Assembly: GCF_964355755.1 (NCBI RefSeq)
Contig: NC_092673.1
Location: 17,791,648-17,855,647 of the forward strand
Reading direction: 5' to 3'
Length of the DNA stretch: 64,000 nucleotides
Origin: Antedon mediterranea
Lineage: Eukaryota > Animalia > Echinodermata
The notes below the pieces were generated by a model, which did not search any database, was not told the origin of the DNA, and saw nothing but the letters and a program-made list of their open reading frames with translations. Each line of letters starts with the position of its first letter. Positions within the stretch are counted from its first letter, which is position 1. The position numbers were made by a program, and so were the translations under genes. Of this stretch, positions 24,956 through 39,449 are shown piece by piece.

Positions 24956-25400
24956 AACAAGAACAATAGATATGACATAATCAATTAACTGTATGTTTAA
25001 ATACATCATGTCATATTAAAAAAATGACTCGTGCTCAGCAGTCAGAAAACACAACGGCAGGCACACAGACAACAACAGTCTAAAACAAGAACAATAGATA
25101 TGACATAATCAATTAACTGTATGTTTAAATACATCATGTCATATTAAAAAAATGACTCGTGCTCAGCAGTCAGAAAACACAACGGCAGGCACACAGACAA
25201 CAACAGTCTAAAACAAGAACAATAGATGTGACATAATCAATTAACTGTATGTGCAAATACATCATGTCATATTAAAAAAATGACTCGTGCTCAGCAGTCA
25301 GAAAACACAACGGCAGGCACACAGACAACAACAGTCTAAAACAAGAACAATAGATGTGACATAATCAATTAACTGTATGTGCAAATACATCATGTCATAT
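24890..25400. repeat. 128-bp tandem repeat, 4 copies, spanning the gene A stop codon
   Basis: atgactcgtgctcag at 24896, 25024, 25152, 25280. Confidence 0.95.
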
Positions 25401-28009
25401 TACAAATTTTAAATGCAAAGAAAGAACTTGTAAGAGTGCTGAAGATAGATGTGGAATGATTCAGCACAATTGATTGCAAGAACAAAAATAACAAAATGAA
25501 GGGGAAAGGTGTTGTGTCATGAAAGAAAACATTCCAAAATTGTATATATTTATAAGTAGAATAATTAGTAGTATAGCTTTTATAACTTTGTAATATGAAA
25601 CACCATAAAAAGAACAAAAAATACTATACAAAAATTACAAGGTCAATATCATGTGTATGGATGACAGGATTACATCACAAAAGAAGACATGAATACAAAT
25701 GAAACATTAAAATATTATAAACAGGATAATACTGACAGTAGCAAAGTAATTGTGAAGCTTGTCACAATGATGAATGGCTGAGCTCTAGAGGGGTTTAATT
25801 TTGAAAGCAAAACAACCGATTATTAATGGTGTGAATAAAGTAACTCCAATTTCTTGACAAAAGAAACATGACAAATTTTCAAAAACCAGTTAAATGGCAG
25901 CCATAAAATAACGGTTAAAAACACCTAATCGATTTTAGTGTTAGAATGTTCTGGTTATCGCTCTGTACAATTTTTAGCTGCAAAAACAGTTATTTGATTG
26001 ACATCCGTTGACCTGGAGTCAACTACACTTTAGTAACGTTTAAAATGACTGTCTGAGTACATTGCATTTTGGGTACTGCTAATGATCACCCACTGGTTTA
26101 AACGGTTATTTGGGAGTCCAAATTTAGCAGAAATGCAGTTAAATATAAACTTTTTAATATATTTTGAAATAAACGATTTATTTTGCGTTATGCAGAAGAA
26201 AGAGACCATAAGGAAACCAGAGAGTTTTTACTCCTTGCTGGTACATTGATTTCAAGTTCTAAATTGGACAAACAGACATGCTTGCTATTTTGTCTAGGTA
26301 TCATACCTTGTACAGTACATATAAATCAGTACTAAGTATTTAGTAACAATAGAAGCCCATACAATGTGTTCTTCATACATTTTGTCTGTATTTCAACTAT
26401 AACATGTAAAGTAATGTCCGGTATTAAAAGTTTGTCATTTGTTGTGTCGGTTGGTGCCGTTGGAATGTAGACCTAATTTACATTCTATGAGTCACTCCCT
26501 TTATAATGATTGTGTAGCAGAGAGAAAACATTTTATTACTCTTTTTTTTTTTGTATATAATATTAATATGGTTGCTCACGTTTAAAGTAGATTTTTAATT
26601 ATAATACTAAACTGTATAAAAACTCTACCTTGATGTTTGGTACTTAGACTTGCCACAAGTCTGTATGTATTGTCTTTTTTATTTATTTTTTTTATTTCGA
26701 TTTTTGTCTGAAGCTCAAGTAGTATACGTATGAAACGCCATATGTGCCAAAATATATATTTGTTTACTAATTAGTAATATTAAGTCAAAACTCCGTCTGG
26801 AACCCAGACTAGGGTGTACTGTTTGATCTCACTCTGTTAGCTGTATTGACTATGTTATATTTTATCCATAGTTGATTGACTTAATGATAGTTTTCAGTGA
26901 CATTGATTATAACATTCACATTAATAATTTATGATTATTTAGATTGTGGTTACCAAAGTGGTATTAATGACATCATTGATAATTATCGTACCATGCTATG
27001 TAATTTTGATGTGTAAATGTACTGATATCTTATATTACTGTAATTTTCATATCTATGAAACAAACCCAAATAAATACAGATTGTTGAATATACCACGACA
27101 GTAATAAAGATTTCTTAAATAAAAATTGGTGGGAGAACAGAGCAGCCGACTAAGTTTTTATTGTGATCAGAAATGATACCATTATTGAAAAAAATGTTAT
27201 TGAACTGAAATACTATAGTAACAATTTTTCGACAATTTATTGTGGATAATATTAATATTCACAATCTGTAGTTGTTGACAGGTGATAATGATAACTATTA
27301 ATATACCAATCTGTGTGAACTGTCATCTTAAAATGTCTGTTTAATTCATATTTTGCAATTTCAATGTTTTTATTCTTAATGCTGCATTTTGGGTAAAGTT
27401 TGACCTACTGTAATTAATATAATAATTCAATCCACAATAACATATTTGTCTTTCTTTTCTAAATACAGTAAATGAACAGAGTTTGAATAGTAAAAATAAA
27501 GAGGCAAAATACCCTGGAACTGGAAGTACTTTGGAAAGTCTTACAATTTTATTTTACTTGAGAGAACCAGTTAATTATATAGTTTGTTAATTAATTAATG
27601 ATATTGATGTGCAGAATTACAAAAACTAAACACATGGAAATGAGACCAGGTAAACGAAAGCAAATAATTAAATCCTTGCACCCTCTAATCCTTACCATAC
27701 TAGACATAGACACAACTTTTGTTGAATCCCATTGTGCTACTAAACACCACTTCTCTAGCCCTGTTCCATATTTGATCCGATTATTAAACAAACAATGATT
27801 AAATCTAAATTAATGTTTGATGAATTGTTTATACAGTAGTGTTCAGTTTTTGTACAGTACTAAATTATATTTTTTATGAATACATTTTATGATGTCTGTT
27901 TGTTGAAATGATTTGAAATGTTTTTTTCACTTTTAATAAAAATTTTGTAAATTAAAACTCAATTCAGTGTTTATGCTGCTATTTAATGTTTATATATTTT
28001 TTATAAATA

Positions 28010-31000
28010 CTAATGAATGAAAAACTCATTTGTTTATTTTTAAGGATAGTGTTTTTTGAAGGTGTAGATTTTAACATCGAGGAGATCATTATATCAAAAT
28101 GTACGTGCTTAGCTATTGTTAAAAATTCATTGTAGTACAGGAAAACTATGAAATATGGTTGAAAAAATTGCAAAAGAATTTATTTCACCACAACGCATTT
28201 CTATAAGGTCCCTATATGAACATATTAAAAGTCTAGAAAAATCCAGGTAGGGGAAATAGGTTTTTTTAAACAAAATGTCCGCCAATGGCGAAAATGCCTA
28301 AAAAAGGACAAAAAAACAGTAGATCTAATTACCACTTTATAGCGGTTTTTACAATGATTTTTATATTTCTTTACAGTTTCGAAGATCTGAACTACAAAAC
28401 ACATTATTTTAAGTGCTGTTAATTAGAAAATGGCCGCAAAACAAATGTTTAAGTATCTAGATATTCCTATTGTTATAATATATAAAACGCAGTCCTTCCT
28501 ATGCTTAATACATAGGATTACGGTGTCTAAAAATAAATCAGTTCATTCACATTTTGTACTGTTATAATATATTACAACATTGGTGGTGCCAGTGGGGAGG
28601 GGTATAGGGATGGGAGATCATATGGGAAGGGTGAGGGAGTCTGTCCGACCCCCCATCCCCTCTCCCCAATTGGCTATTTTCGGGAGTATATGTAGACAAT
28701 ATGATGATATTTCCTAATATAAAACAATACCCCATTGAGTGCTGTTTCAAGGATTTACATTTTTAAAAGTGACTAAAACTACCCTTTACCGGTATAATAT
28801 TGTCTGAACATCTGGGTGCGCTCCCATTGATGGCCCAGCCAATTGATGCTAGCTACGCTCTCTCCCCATCCCCCCCCCCCCCACCCCTCATCGGGAAAAT
28901 CCTTGCGCCATCACTGGACTACAATCTATTACTGTATTTATTCGGATAAACGCTACATTTAGAAAATTCGAATAAAGCCCCATAGGACATTGTTTTGAAT
29001 AACCTACACCACCGCACCCCTCCCCCGCCCCCATCGGACATCATTTTGAATTTATTTCCACGAATGTACGCCCCGCCACATGCATATTATACACAATATT
29101 GTATTTTAACACATTTCTATTTGTAATAGAATTCACTGAATGGCATGATGGTGTTGTATTTGTTCACATTACACACCCACAAAAATAAACGCCGCTCCGA
29201 ATAAACTCCTCACGACGATTACACGCCCCACTACCCTCCTTAAAAATCAACCACCAAGGGCATTTATTCAAATAAATGCGGTAATTTCACTTTCATCTTA
29301 TCAGTATCTCATCCTCCATCTATTGGTGGGGAATTGAGCATGTGCTGTGCCGTAACATTCTTAAAAAATAGTGGAACAGCAGTCCAAACCATATTTTCTG
29401 CAACTGCAATTCATTTTACTACAACCTTTCAGGTACATCTAATCAACTTTAATAGTTTCTCTGGTACTGGTAGTAAATTGGGCATCAATACTTTCCATCC
29501 CTCATGATAGTCTGTGGGTTGAAGAATATTTCCTATCCACTGCTATACCTGGTAATACAGTTTTTTGCAGCAAGGGAATAGATTTGCTTTTTGCAACTTT
29601 CTCAAAGAAAAGTAGGCTGTTTAAATTCTCCATTGACTTCCCTCCATATATAGCTACCAATGCCAAATTCCTGATGCAATGTTTTCTTCTTTTTTTTGGA
29701 AACTGTTTGGTTTACAGAATTTGACATACAACTCCAACTGTGATGTGATGATTTTTAAGACCAAAAAACCTTTTCCTAAACCAAATTTACCTACGGCCCA
29801 TAATTATAACCATTAAACACAAGAGTTTACTTTGCCTTCACATAACGTAACAAACATACATGGTACATAATAAATGTCTTGAAATGTTGCTGTTTCGGGC
29901 CAAGAGGTTTGATGTAGCAGTGTATGATAACATACAGTGGGCAGTGAGATGAAGGTTTCTGAGTAGTCTAGCAGTGTGTATGGAGTCAATGGAGTAAAAG
30001 AGGGCTGCAGGAAAAGTACAAGGTTCTTTTTTAACAAATGATGTATTGTGTATGACTGTATCACATAGCCATCAATGATGAAATAGTATATGTAAGGGAA
30101 TGTGCACTGCTTCTCTACTGATGAATATGGTTGATTTTGACCCATGTGTAATAATATGTTCTTTCCTCTTAAATTAATATTCTGTCACGGTTGCTTCATT
30201 CATTGATTTATTACCGTATGTTCTCGATGGGGGAGCACTGTGAATGCATGTAAAGTCTTTTCTTGGTGTGAAGCTCTGTAAAAATTAATTTGCTTTTTAT
30301 ACATGAAATCCAGGGATGTGATACTACAACCCATCTATTTGGTATAGGAAAAGGTGTTAGTCTTAAAAAGTCATAACACCTGGGCAGTAGTATGCTTACA
30401 AACTCTGTAAAACCAAACATCTCCAAAAAAAAGAAAAGAAACCATCGCATCAGAGGAATTGGCATTGGTAGCTATATACTGTATGGAGGAATATGTTCTG
30501 GGAGAAAGTAGCAAAAAGCAAAACAGCACTTGAAATAAAGTCTATTCCCCCAACAACAAATGCTGCAAAATGTCATTCCCTGCATGTCTATTACCATGGT
30601 ACAGCAGTGGATAGAAAGTACTCTTCAACCCACAGACTGGGCCGGGATGGAAAGTTACAAATGGCGTGATGTGTCCATCAAATTTACCACCAATACCACG
30701 GCATCAGCACATGCTTAATTCCTACCTATAGACAGAGGATGATAACTGGACAAGGAAAATGAATGGATTAATAGATTGTAAGATTGTATAATTCTATTGT
30801 TGTGACAGTACAAATGTAGTCCTGCATTATAATGCAGGACTACGGTGTCTATTATTATAATCGTGGTGATATCTTGATACTTAAATGTGTGTTTTTGCTG
30901 CTAAATAGCACTTAAATTAATATGTATATTGCAGTTTAAATGTTTGACACTAAAGAAATATGAAAATCATTATAAAAACTGCTATCAAGTGGTAATAGAT

Positions 31001-31375
31001 ATACAATATATGTTTTTTGTTCATTTTTAGACATTTTTCGCCATTGGCGGCCATTTTGTTAAAAAAAAACCCTATTTCCCCTACCTAGATTTTTCTAGAC
31101 TTTTAGTATGTTCATATAGGGACCTTATAGAAATTCATTGTGGTGAAAAAAATTCTGTTGCAATTTTTTCAACCTTTTACTGATTCTGAGCATATCTTTC
31201 CTGTATATTATAGGAATAATATCCATTTACACAGCTATAATGTGTTACGTACACAAATGGTGATTGCGCCCTCTATAAAAAATAAAATGTATTCACTCCA
31301 ACAAACCACTGTACTCTCGCAACATGTTATTCTAAGAATGTCAACACACAAGAAGTAAGTTTTTGTTTCATTTTT
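28010..31375. mobile_element. Degenerate long inverted-repeat (foldback-like) structure
   Basis: Arms about 28010-28480 and 30865-31375 are reverse complements (e.g. tttctataaggtccctatatgaacata / tatgttcatatagggaccttatagaaa); inner arms about 29285-29680 and 30480-30765. Confidence 0.7.
28932..29281. mobile_element. Tc1/mariner-pogo-like MITE
   Basis: TA|ctgtatttattcggataaacgc ... gcatttattcaaataaatgcgg|TA. Confidence 0.6.
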
Positions 31376-31727
31376 GGCATACCATATCATATACGGAATT
31401 CTTTATACTGCATTATTTTAATGGCAGATCTTTCTTCTTTTAATTTTTTGGATCTTATATTCGTATCCTAGGCTAGGCCTAGCCTAATACTACTCTAGGC
31501 TAGCCTATATTGCAATGCTAGGCTAGCTAGGCCTACTACTTCTAGCCATGCTCTAGCTAACAAAGGCCTACTACTACTAGCCTAGGCTTTTAACCCTAGC
31601 TAGGCCTACTACTTGATAGTACTATAGTAGGCATAGTAGAGTAGAGTAGGCATGGAGGAAGTCTCCACAACTTGTTAGTTAAGAGATAACAGATGTCAAC
31701 TGCATTGGATTGGATTGGTCCTCAGAC

Positions 31728-32474
31728 GAGGCAGGTCAAGTCGGCCCTAAACCGTCTCGGCCAAGGCCCAAAGTCAAGTCGGCCCCACGTCAAGTCGGCC
31801 TCAAGTCAACTCGGCCTCAAGTCAACTCGGCCTCAAGTCAACTCGGCCTCACGTCAACTCGGCCAAAAACTAATTGGTCAACTCGGCCACAATAAAGTAT
31901 GGAACGCAAAAAGTGCTTAATATTATTATGATTCTTACTAGCCTAAGTATCCACGCTTTAAAAAAAATGAAGAAATAAAAAAAATAATATAATTAAATAA
32001 TATCATATAAAAAAATGAACTCATTGCCGATATGAATATAAGTACCCGCGTGTTACAAAAACACATGCAGGTACCGCATTTTAGTAAATCGAAGACGGAG
32101 GCCTACGTTTCACCATTTGGCCATAGAAAAAATAATCTTACATATCGTTTTTGTCCATGATGATTTGCTTTTTAAAAAAAGGGAATCCCCCGGTCAGTGA
32201 AAACACGTAGGTAGCAGTTGTAGATATCGAAAAAGCTGCCAAAGGCGCAGGGAGGCGCAGCTATGAATTGTTTTCAATTGTGCAATTTGAAATTTTATTA
32301 AACGTAAATAAAGGAAAGTTGGTGAAATCATTCCTATTTTGTTTGACCGATTATTTTTTGGCCGAGTTGACGTGAGGCCGAGTTGACTTGAGGCCGACTT
32401 GACTTGGGGCCGACTTGACTTGGGGCCGACTTGACTTTGGCCGAGACGGTTTAGGGCCGACTTGGATCGAAATC
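31728..32474. mobile_element. MULE-like non-autonomous element with 16-bp subterminal repeat arrays
   Basis: Arrays of tcaagtcaactcggcc at left and their reverse complement at right; no TSD recognised. Confidence 0.72.
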
Positions 32475-33068
32475 ACGTAAACACATGGATGAGAATGTTT
32501 TAGCGTTCATGTTCGACTCATTGAGGAGATCAGGGTTAACATTTTTTTTAAAAGCCACAAAAAAAATAGAACAAAAGCAGAGAGTCGACCCTGCAACCCC
32601 TGCCTCTGGGGCTATACCCTTATCAATACACCAAGCCATCCATCTCGTTGGTCGAATCGGGTTTTACTTTGTATATGAATGGAGAAAAAATATATTATAT
32701 GTAAGCTTTTTAACCAACCAATCAGAACTTAGTTGACGTCGTTTCTATACTTGTATAACCACATAACAAACAGGCCTTCCATTGGGTTTCCCTGATCTCA
32801 CAACAAGCATTCAAACACAGCGTTGTGGTCTTTCATTTTAAAAAAAACATAGTGTGGTGGTCTTTTGTGTTCATGATGCATCAAACAACTACAATGCACT
32901 GTAAAGTTTGACGTGATGCGTAAAAAACTACTGAACTTTTCTATTTAATACTGAAATTTACTTTAACAATTTGAGAACTTGCAATGCACATAGAATATGA
33001 TCATGGACCCATCTAATTTATAGGTCCATGGTATCAGATTTGTGATTTGTGATAGTATGTGTACTGAC

Positions 33069-35243
33069 GAATTCGATCCAACTCGGCCCTAAACCGTCTC
33101 GGCCAAAGTCATGTCGGCCCCACGTCAAGTCGGCCCCAAGTCAACTCGGCCCCACGTCAACACGGCCCCACGTCAACTCGGCCTCAAGTCAACTCGGCCA
33201 AAAACTAATCCGTCAACTCGGCCTCCAGAAACTATGGAACGCAAAAAGTGCTAATATAGTAGTTAATCACAGACGGTTGGACTAGGGCCTACATAATAGA
33301 CGAAATAAAATGGAAAATTCAATATAAATTATAACACACTGGGCCTGATCGTTTTTCGTTTAATCGATAGGTAGTATTTATTTATATTGTTTGAAATAAA
33401 TAAATATTTCTTCACATTTTGTATACAGGAATAACTGTCGAAGAAGACATTTTAATAAATAATATTTACACAATATACTTCGGTCTACAACTGTATACAT
33501 CAATATAAAAAGAATAAAATGATATTAAAATCATAACAAATCAAGAGGCAAGAAAACAAATTGCATAAGCATTATGGGTAGGCTATAGGTTACATACACA
33601 CCCAGACATGAATGTGCATTTTTTTCAAATAGGCCTTACGGTTTTTTTTGTATGACATTTTTATGTTCATTTCGTTTCTATTTCATAATTATTCATAATT
33701 AATACAGTACACCATGGGAAGAGAGAAATTTGCTTCCATAACAGTCCATAGGGATGTGATTATGATTTTATTGTATTAAATTATGGATTCATGGAATTTG
33801 TCATGGTGTGTGTTGTTACTATCATCGGGAATCTTGTGTCCCGTTTTGTAATATTATATTTAATTAAACTAAAAAGAATAATTTCTTCCTCACTATCATC
33901 CGATGATCATCCAGAAACGGCTGCCATTTTAACGTCACGTCACAAAACGGAACAGGTGTGAATGTTTAAAACGGAACGGTGAGCGGGCGCGCGTCACGTT
34001 GAAAAAAACGGCGTCGTCTTCCGTTCCGCGAAACGGAACAGGTACGGACGGTGGGAATGCCCTTTTAGGTGATCAATTTTATTGAACAATACAGGGCGCG
34101 GTGGGTGTTAAAAAACAGATGAGAATGCTAAGACAATGTTGTTTAGGAATTCCGTTGTTTAGGACTCAAACAATATGTTTTAGTTTTTGCTTGACAAAAT
34201 AAAAAAACGCCATTTTTTTCATGATGATTTCTTCAGTAGTGTGTTTTAGATTCATTGGATTCTCCATTATTTATTTATTTATTTATTTGTTTATTTACCA
34301 GATTTCTATAGCGCCCTTTTCATGAAAACTCATGCTCAAAGGCGCTTCACATCATAAAGACAAACATCATAAGCAATACTGTAATTACAAAAATAACCTC
34401 AAATTATACGAAATAAGATTTCTTAAACTAAGTTATAAATATTCTTACTGTACATTAATTAAAATCGCATAAAATAGAAAAATAAAATGAACGATATACA
34501 AAATACAATTTATTTACATATTAATTATAATCAAATCACAAAAGTAATAAAAACAATTTGAATAGCGCACAATTGCAATAGAACTTTAACATGACAGAAC
34601 ATTCCGAATTTGTTTCCATAATCTCTTCGTTAGTTTGATTGACATCGTCAATAAATGTGTGAAAGATCTTGTTACTGTAATACCATTTTAATGTCACATA
34701 TAGTTATTCACTTTGACCGTAACATATTGCTAATAATTTGAGAGAGAATAAATACACAAAAAAAACATTTTTATTTTACTGTATTAATCTAATAATATCT
34801 ATATAATATATAGGCCTTCTAAGAATATTTCGATTATTTCTGGGAACATCCTTGTATAAAAAAAAAATGGCCGAGTTGACTTGAGGCCGAGTTGACTTGA
34901 GGCCGAGTTGACGTGAGGCCGAGTTGACGTGAGGCCGACTTGACTTGAGGCCGACTTGACTTGAGGCCGACTTGACTTGGGGCCGACTTCAGGGAACATT
35001 TTCGCCAGTGTAGCATAGCAAAAAGCTATACAAAACAACCTTATTGCTACACATTTTGAAAATTGTGTAGCAAAAAATACTATACAAAACTATGTTTCTC
35101 GACTTAAAAATCAGTTTGATTAGCAATATTGCTAAACAAAATTTTTAAATGAAAATTTTCCCTGGACTTGACTTGGGGCCGACTTGACGTGGGGCCGACT
35201 TGACTTTGGCCGAGACGGTTTAGGGCCGAGTTGACCTGCACCC
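33069..35243. mobile_element. MULE-like element of the same family
   Basis: Same inverted repeat arrays; G...C termini; flanking duplication gtactgac (33061-33068 and 35244-35251). Confidence 0.82.
34990..35164. mobile_element. Small CAGGG-ended MITE with 5-bp TSD nested in the MULE repeat array
   Basis: cagggaa...ttccctg, TSD gactt; second copy at 44070-44244. Confidence 0.8.
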
Positions 35244-35574
35244 GTACTGACAAGTATCTGTCATCTATTATCAGATATCAATTGTGTGGTAAAATTGTCA
35301 ACTACTGTAGATGTTGTCTTATGATTACCTCATCCTTTGGAAGGAACATAAAGTTGTGAACAACCTAAATACACATTTTAATTTATATGTCAAGTAGGAT
35401 AATTGTAGGTGCTGTACTATGGCTACTGTAAATCTGAATTCAGTTTCCAGTTACAGCATCGAAAATACTTAAATACTTAATTTATTGTGCCTTAAAAGTT
35501 TAATTTGTTTATTAAAAGAATATTAGTATTTCTAATCTAGAGTATATTACAAAGGATTGTGTTGTTTTTTTTGT

Positions 35575-35880
35575 GTGTTAGATTGTGCACATAAGGCATG
35601 TGTATTGTTAGATTGTGCACATAAGGCATGTGTATTGTTAGATTGTACACATAAGGCATGTGCATTGTTAGATTGTGCACATAAGGCATGTGTATTGTTA
35701 GATTGTGCACATAAGGCATGTGTATTGTTAGATTGTGCACATAAGGCATGTGCATTGTTAGATTGTACACATAAGGCATGTGCATTGTTAGATTGTGCAC
35801 ATAAGGCATGTGTATTGTTAGATTGTGCACATAAGGCATGTGCATTGTTAGATTGTACACATAAGGCATGTGCATTGTTA
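35575..35880. repeat. 30-bp minisatellite, about 10 copies
   Basis: gattgtgcacataaggcatgtgtattgtta repeated. Confidence 0.97.
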
Positions 35881-36104
35881 CCTCACAAAATAAAACTGAT
35901 AGGAAATTTAATTTCATTATGCAATTATTTTATCTTAATTCAAGGGCAGCTTTTGTAATATATATATATAGATATATATATTATGCACCCATTTACATGC
36001 GATTTTACATGAAAAGAGGGTACAAATCAACATTAAAAATGGTTAAAATCGGCAATTTTTTTTAAGTTGAACCGAGTTTAACTTCAACGTTACGATCGGT
36101 AAAA

Positions 36105-36256
36105 CTGACTGACCAATCAAATACTGTAGTTCATAAATTACGTCATCATAGTTTGTGAAAAAATACGTACGCGTTGACAATTCTTGATTTTTTAGAACGT
36201 GACGATGTTTGTTGTACTCTTTTAAAGTCTGATATTTCAAAATAACAAGTGTAAGT
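36105..36256 (+). promoter_or_regulatory. Candidate promoter and non-coding first exon, possibly of gene B
   Basis: CCAAT (gaccaatca), CRE-like ttacgtca, local CpG enrichment, donor gtaagt at 36251; no transcript evidence. Confidence 0.25.
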
Positions 36257-36722
36257 AAAACTAAATTTTAATATACAAACAATTTAATTTAATGTTTGTC
36301 TTTAGTATAAAGCCTAGATTAAGATATCAGCGAAAACATGTCCTAGACCGGCCTTGGCTTTGCAAAACTTTACGTACATGTGTCCCAGCAACGTCGAAAG
36401 AAACCATTAACGATCGCGTAACAAATGTGTAAAAATTTGCGACGGGAAAACAGGCTTTAGGCTATTGGTGCATCAAAAAAAACAGTTCCGTATATTAAAT
36501 ATGGTCTACAAAACCCACTATATTCAGATAATTATATGACAAGAATCGACTGGCCAAAAGTCTCAGATGCTATCTCGGGGCGTCTAGAAAAAAATTGTTT
36601 CCGGGGAACATGCCCCCCGACCCCGTAAACGATTATTTTCCCATATCGGCCCCCTCTTTATCAAAATCCTAGATCCGCCCCTGTAATTAGTCAGTAAAAC
36701 ATATTTTCGTGGCTTAGACTTA

Positions 36723-36881
36723 AGCCGATTTTCCACTAGGCGAATTTGTTCGCGCGAATCGAAAGCGCCAGCTTGTACGCATGTGTATTCATGTTTACAT
36801 CTTCCACATCCTTCTCTACGCATGCGTATTAGCTGACGCCTTCGATTCGCGCGAACAAATTCGCCTAGTGGAAAATCGGCT
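36723..36881. mobile_element. Harbinger-like palindromic MITE
   Basis: About 40-bp perfect TIR agccgattttccactaggcgaatttgttcgcgcgaatcgaa; TTA TSD. Confidence 0.85.
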
Positions 36882-37771
36882 TTAGAGCACTCTTTATACT
36901 AATGGAGATTTGGATGTATAAGTTTCATCCGATTAACAAATGGTAACATGCATTGACAGTTGACAAACATTTTGTGGTTTTAATAAATAAAATAATTAAT
37001 TATATAATATAGGGTAAATTACACAGAAAAAAGTAATGTGATGATGTGCGTTTGCCTAGCCTTTGTTTAAGGTGCACTTTCACCTTGGCTGGAAAACCCC
37101 AGGGCAATTTACAGTCATTTTTGTCTTTTCAGGTTTAGACATGCAAGTGATTATTAATTTCCAATAGACCATATCATAAAAACCTATCAAAAACTGCGTT
37201 TGTGAGTTTGTTCTCTGTTGATATAAAATCTTTTATTTTCCATTGAATAGGTTGACATGCAAGACTGATTAGGAAGTCATATGACAACAGATATCCAACA
37301 GATATGTTGTGTGAGAATAAATGCTGTTTTAAATGTCGTATTAATTCTTTTTAATTGTGGTTTGCTGTCTTTAAATTAGCTTTTGATTGTCATGTTGATA
37401 CTGAGACTATCTTACCTATTGAACAAACAATATTATTTATGTAATTATTAGAATCAGGGACATTTCGGATCAGTCATGGAGGAAACAATTAAATAGTTTT
37501 TTCCTCCATAGACCAAGATCTGGTTGGTAGTTTGCAATAGTTATACAATTTTAAAAGAATGATTTTTTAAACTGAATAATCAACTATTTTACTATATGGT
37601 TTACAATTTTTATAAAAATTTTGATTTTCTCTTTGTGAAAAAAATTGGTCATACTTAAAATTGCAGTGTAAGGCAATAATTGTCCCTTTTAAGTGCTTAT
37701 AACATCATGTAATTGTGCGTTATTTTTTTATGCTTACTATGGAATGACATATAATGCCTGCGTGTTAATAA

Positions 37772-39403
37772 TTAGTTATCCGCTTAGTAGCAGATAACTC
37801 CTTGTGATTGTATTGGATCAATTTTTTTTTTCTGTATATGTTCTTCTTTCTTTCTCGCTATTTTTGTGCATCGCGTTTCTCTAAAATGTGTAAGCATAAC
37901 ATTTCATAACTTTGACAACATGTGGACATTTACCTGAAGTTGTGCACCTCCTATTTTTGAATGACGTCATAGTTGCGCAGCGTGACTTGCGCGCAATTTT
38001 ATGAATTTCAATGATTGATCATAGATTAAAAACCAAAAGTCATTTAGTATTGGCACTTTGACAAAATTTAAGTCATATCAAGGGCAAACTTTCTACGGAT
38101 TAAAAATGGCATGTTTCACAAGAAGTTACGCGTGCACGCGCATTTAAAATTTCAAAATGCGCAAAATGAATTTCTAATCAACTTTTTACACGTTTCTTGT
38201 CATTTTGAGCATGTCAAAAATTCCCACGGGCGCGCCATTATTTACGCGCGCGGTGCGCACGTAGCGTTGAAAACATATTTTTTTCTTTCCTTTCCTAGTA
38301 ATTTTGGAAACAATTTAGACCTTTTGCACTTAAAATAACACCATACGAACACGTTAAATTAGATTAAATTATCGGATCATGCATCAATAAGGCTAAACAA
38401 ACATTGTGATGTCATCGTATGGCCACAGGAATGTAAAATATAGGATTTTTATCTTTTTCGTTATTGCTCATCACATTCAATGGAGCGCATCACGCTTATC
38501 CGTATTCCATTTTCTCCAACATTTTAAAATTGTTTAGGTCAATCAACTATCTTTCGCATGAGTTAAAAATATTTTTATTTTTATGACGTCATCATGTCTA
38601 AAAATGTAAATAACGTGGGTCACTTATTTTCATCTTTACAGTAAATTTTAATCTGTTATAGCTCGTAAGAATAAAAAGTGATAACCATGATTAAAACGTT
38701 TTCTGGAAGCTATTGGATTGTAGATACGAAATCATGAGAACATTTTGCCAATTGGATATTGTGACATCATCATATGACCAGTTAAATAAAAAAAGTTGTG
38801 TTTTCGTCTTTTGCGTCATAGCTCACTACATTTCAAAGAGTGCGTATCAATATTTCACGTATTCAAATTTCTTCTACACTTTAATATGTTGTTGCTAAGA
38901 TAATTTCCTTCCGAAATTGCTACCTTCGTGTTTCATTTTGAAACCGTCAACATGTTAAAAATTTGAATAAATAGCGGGTCCCGTAATTTCACCTATTCTA
39001 CACTGTATGTGATATGTATACAGATTATACTGTGTATAATATGACACAAAATAACAGAATTCAGCAATAAAAACATATCATATTCTTCAGTTCAGGTCAT
39101 AATAATTTTGATATTGAAAATGTGTGTAGTTGGTCGCTTTCTTGTCGATGCTTTTATTGTAGAACGTAATTTATTTATTTTTCTCTGTTCTGGGTTGACC
39201 AACTAGCATTGGTCTTTCCATGCCTCCTTTTATTGTTTTGTCTTCTTTGTTATGTATATGGCTGAAATTGAATAAATAAAAAAATTAAAAAATAAATAAT
39301 GCCATAATCTTTTTCTGTGTGCAATATTCCAACATATGACGTGCACGTGGCGTTTGTCGTGCGGATAACTAACTCTTCAAAGTGACGAGTTTCATGTCTA
39401 GTT
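37772..39403 (+). mobile_element. Helentron/HINE-type element (second family)
   Basis: Sub-terminal IR agttatccgc/gcggataact, 3' hairpin aactc...gagtt, ctagtt end. Confidence 0.7.
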
Positions 39404-39449
39404 TTTTTATTCATATTCATTAAATCAGCCATCATAAATAGGCTAAGTG

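Noticed and set aside
32181-32190. NF-kB-like site GGGAATCCCC
   Set aside because: Single 10-mer inside a transposon; could arise by chance
31693-35038. ORFs with repeated KSASSQLG motifs
   Set aside because: Translations of the 16-bp transposon subterminal arrays
35537-35958. Cys/His-rich repetitive ORFs on both strands
   Set aside because: Product of a stop-free 30-bp minisatellite; no supporting splice context
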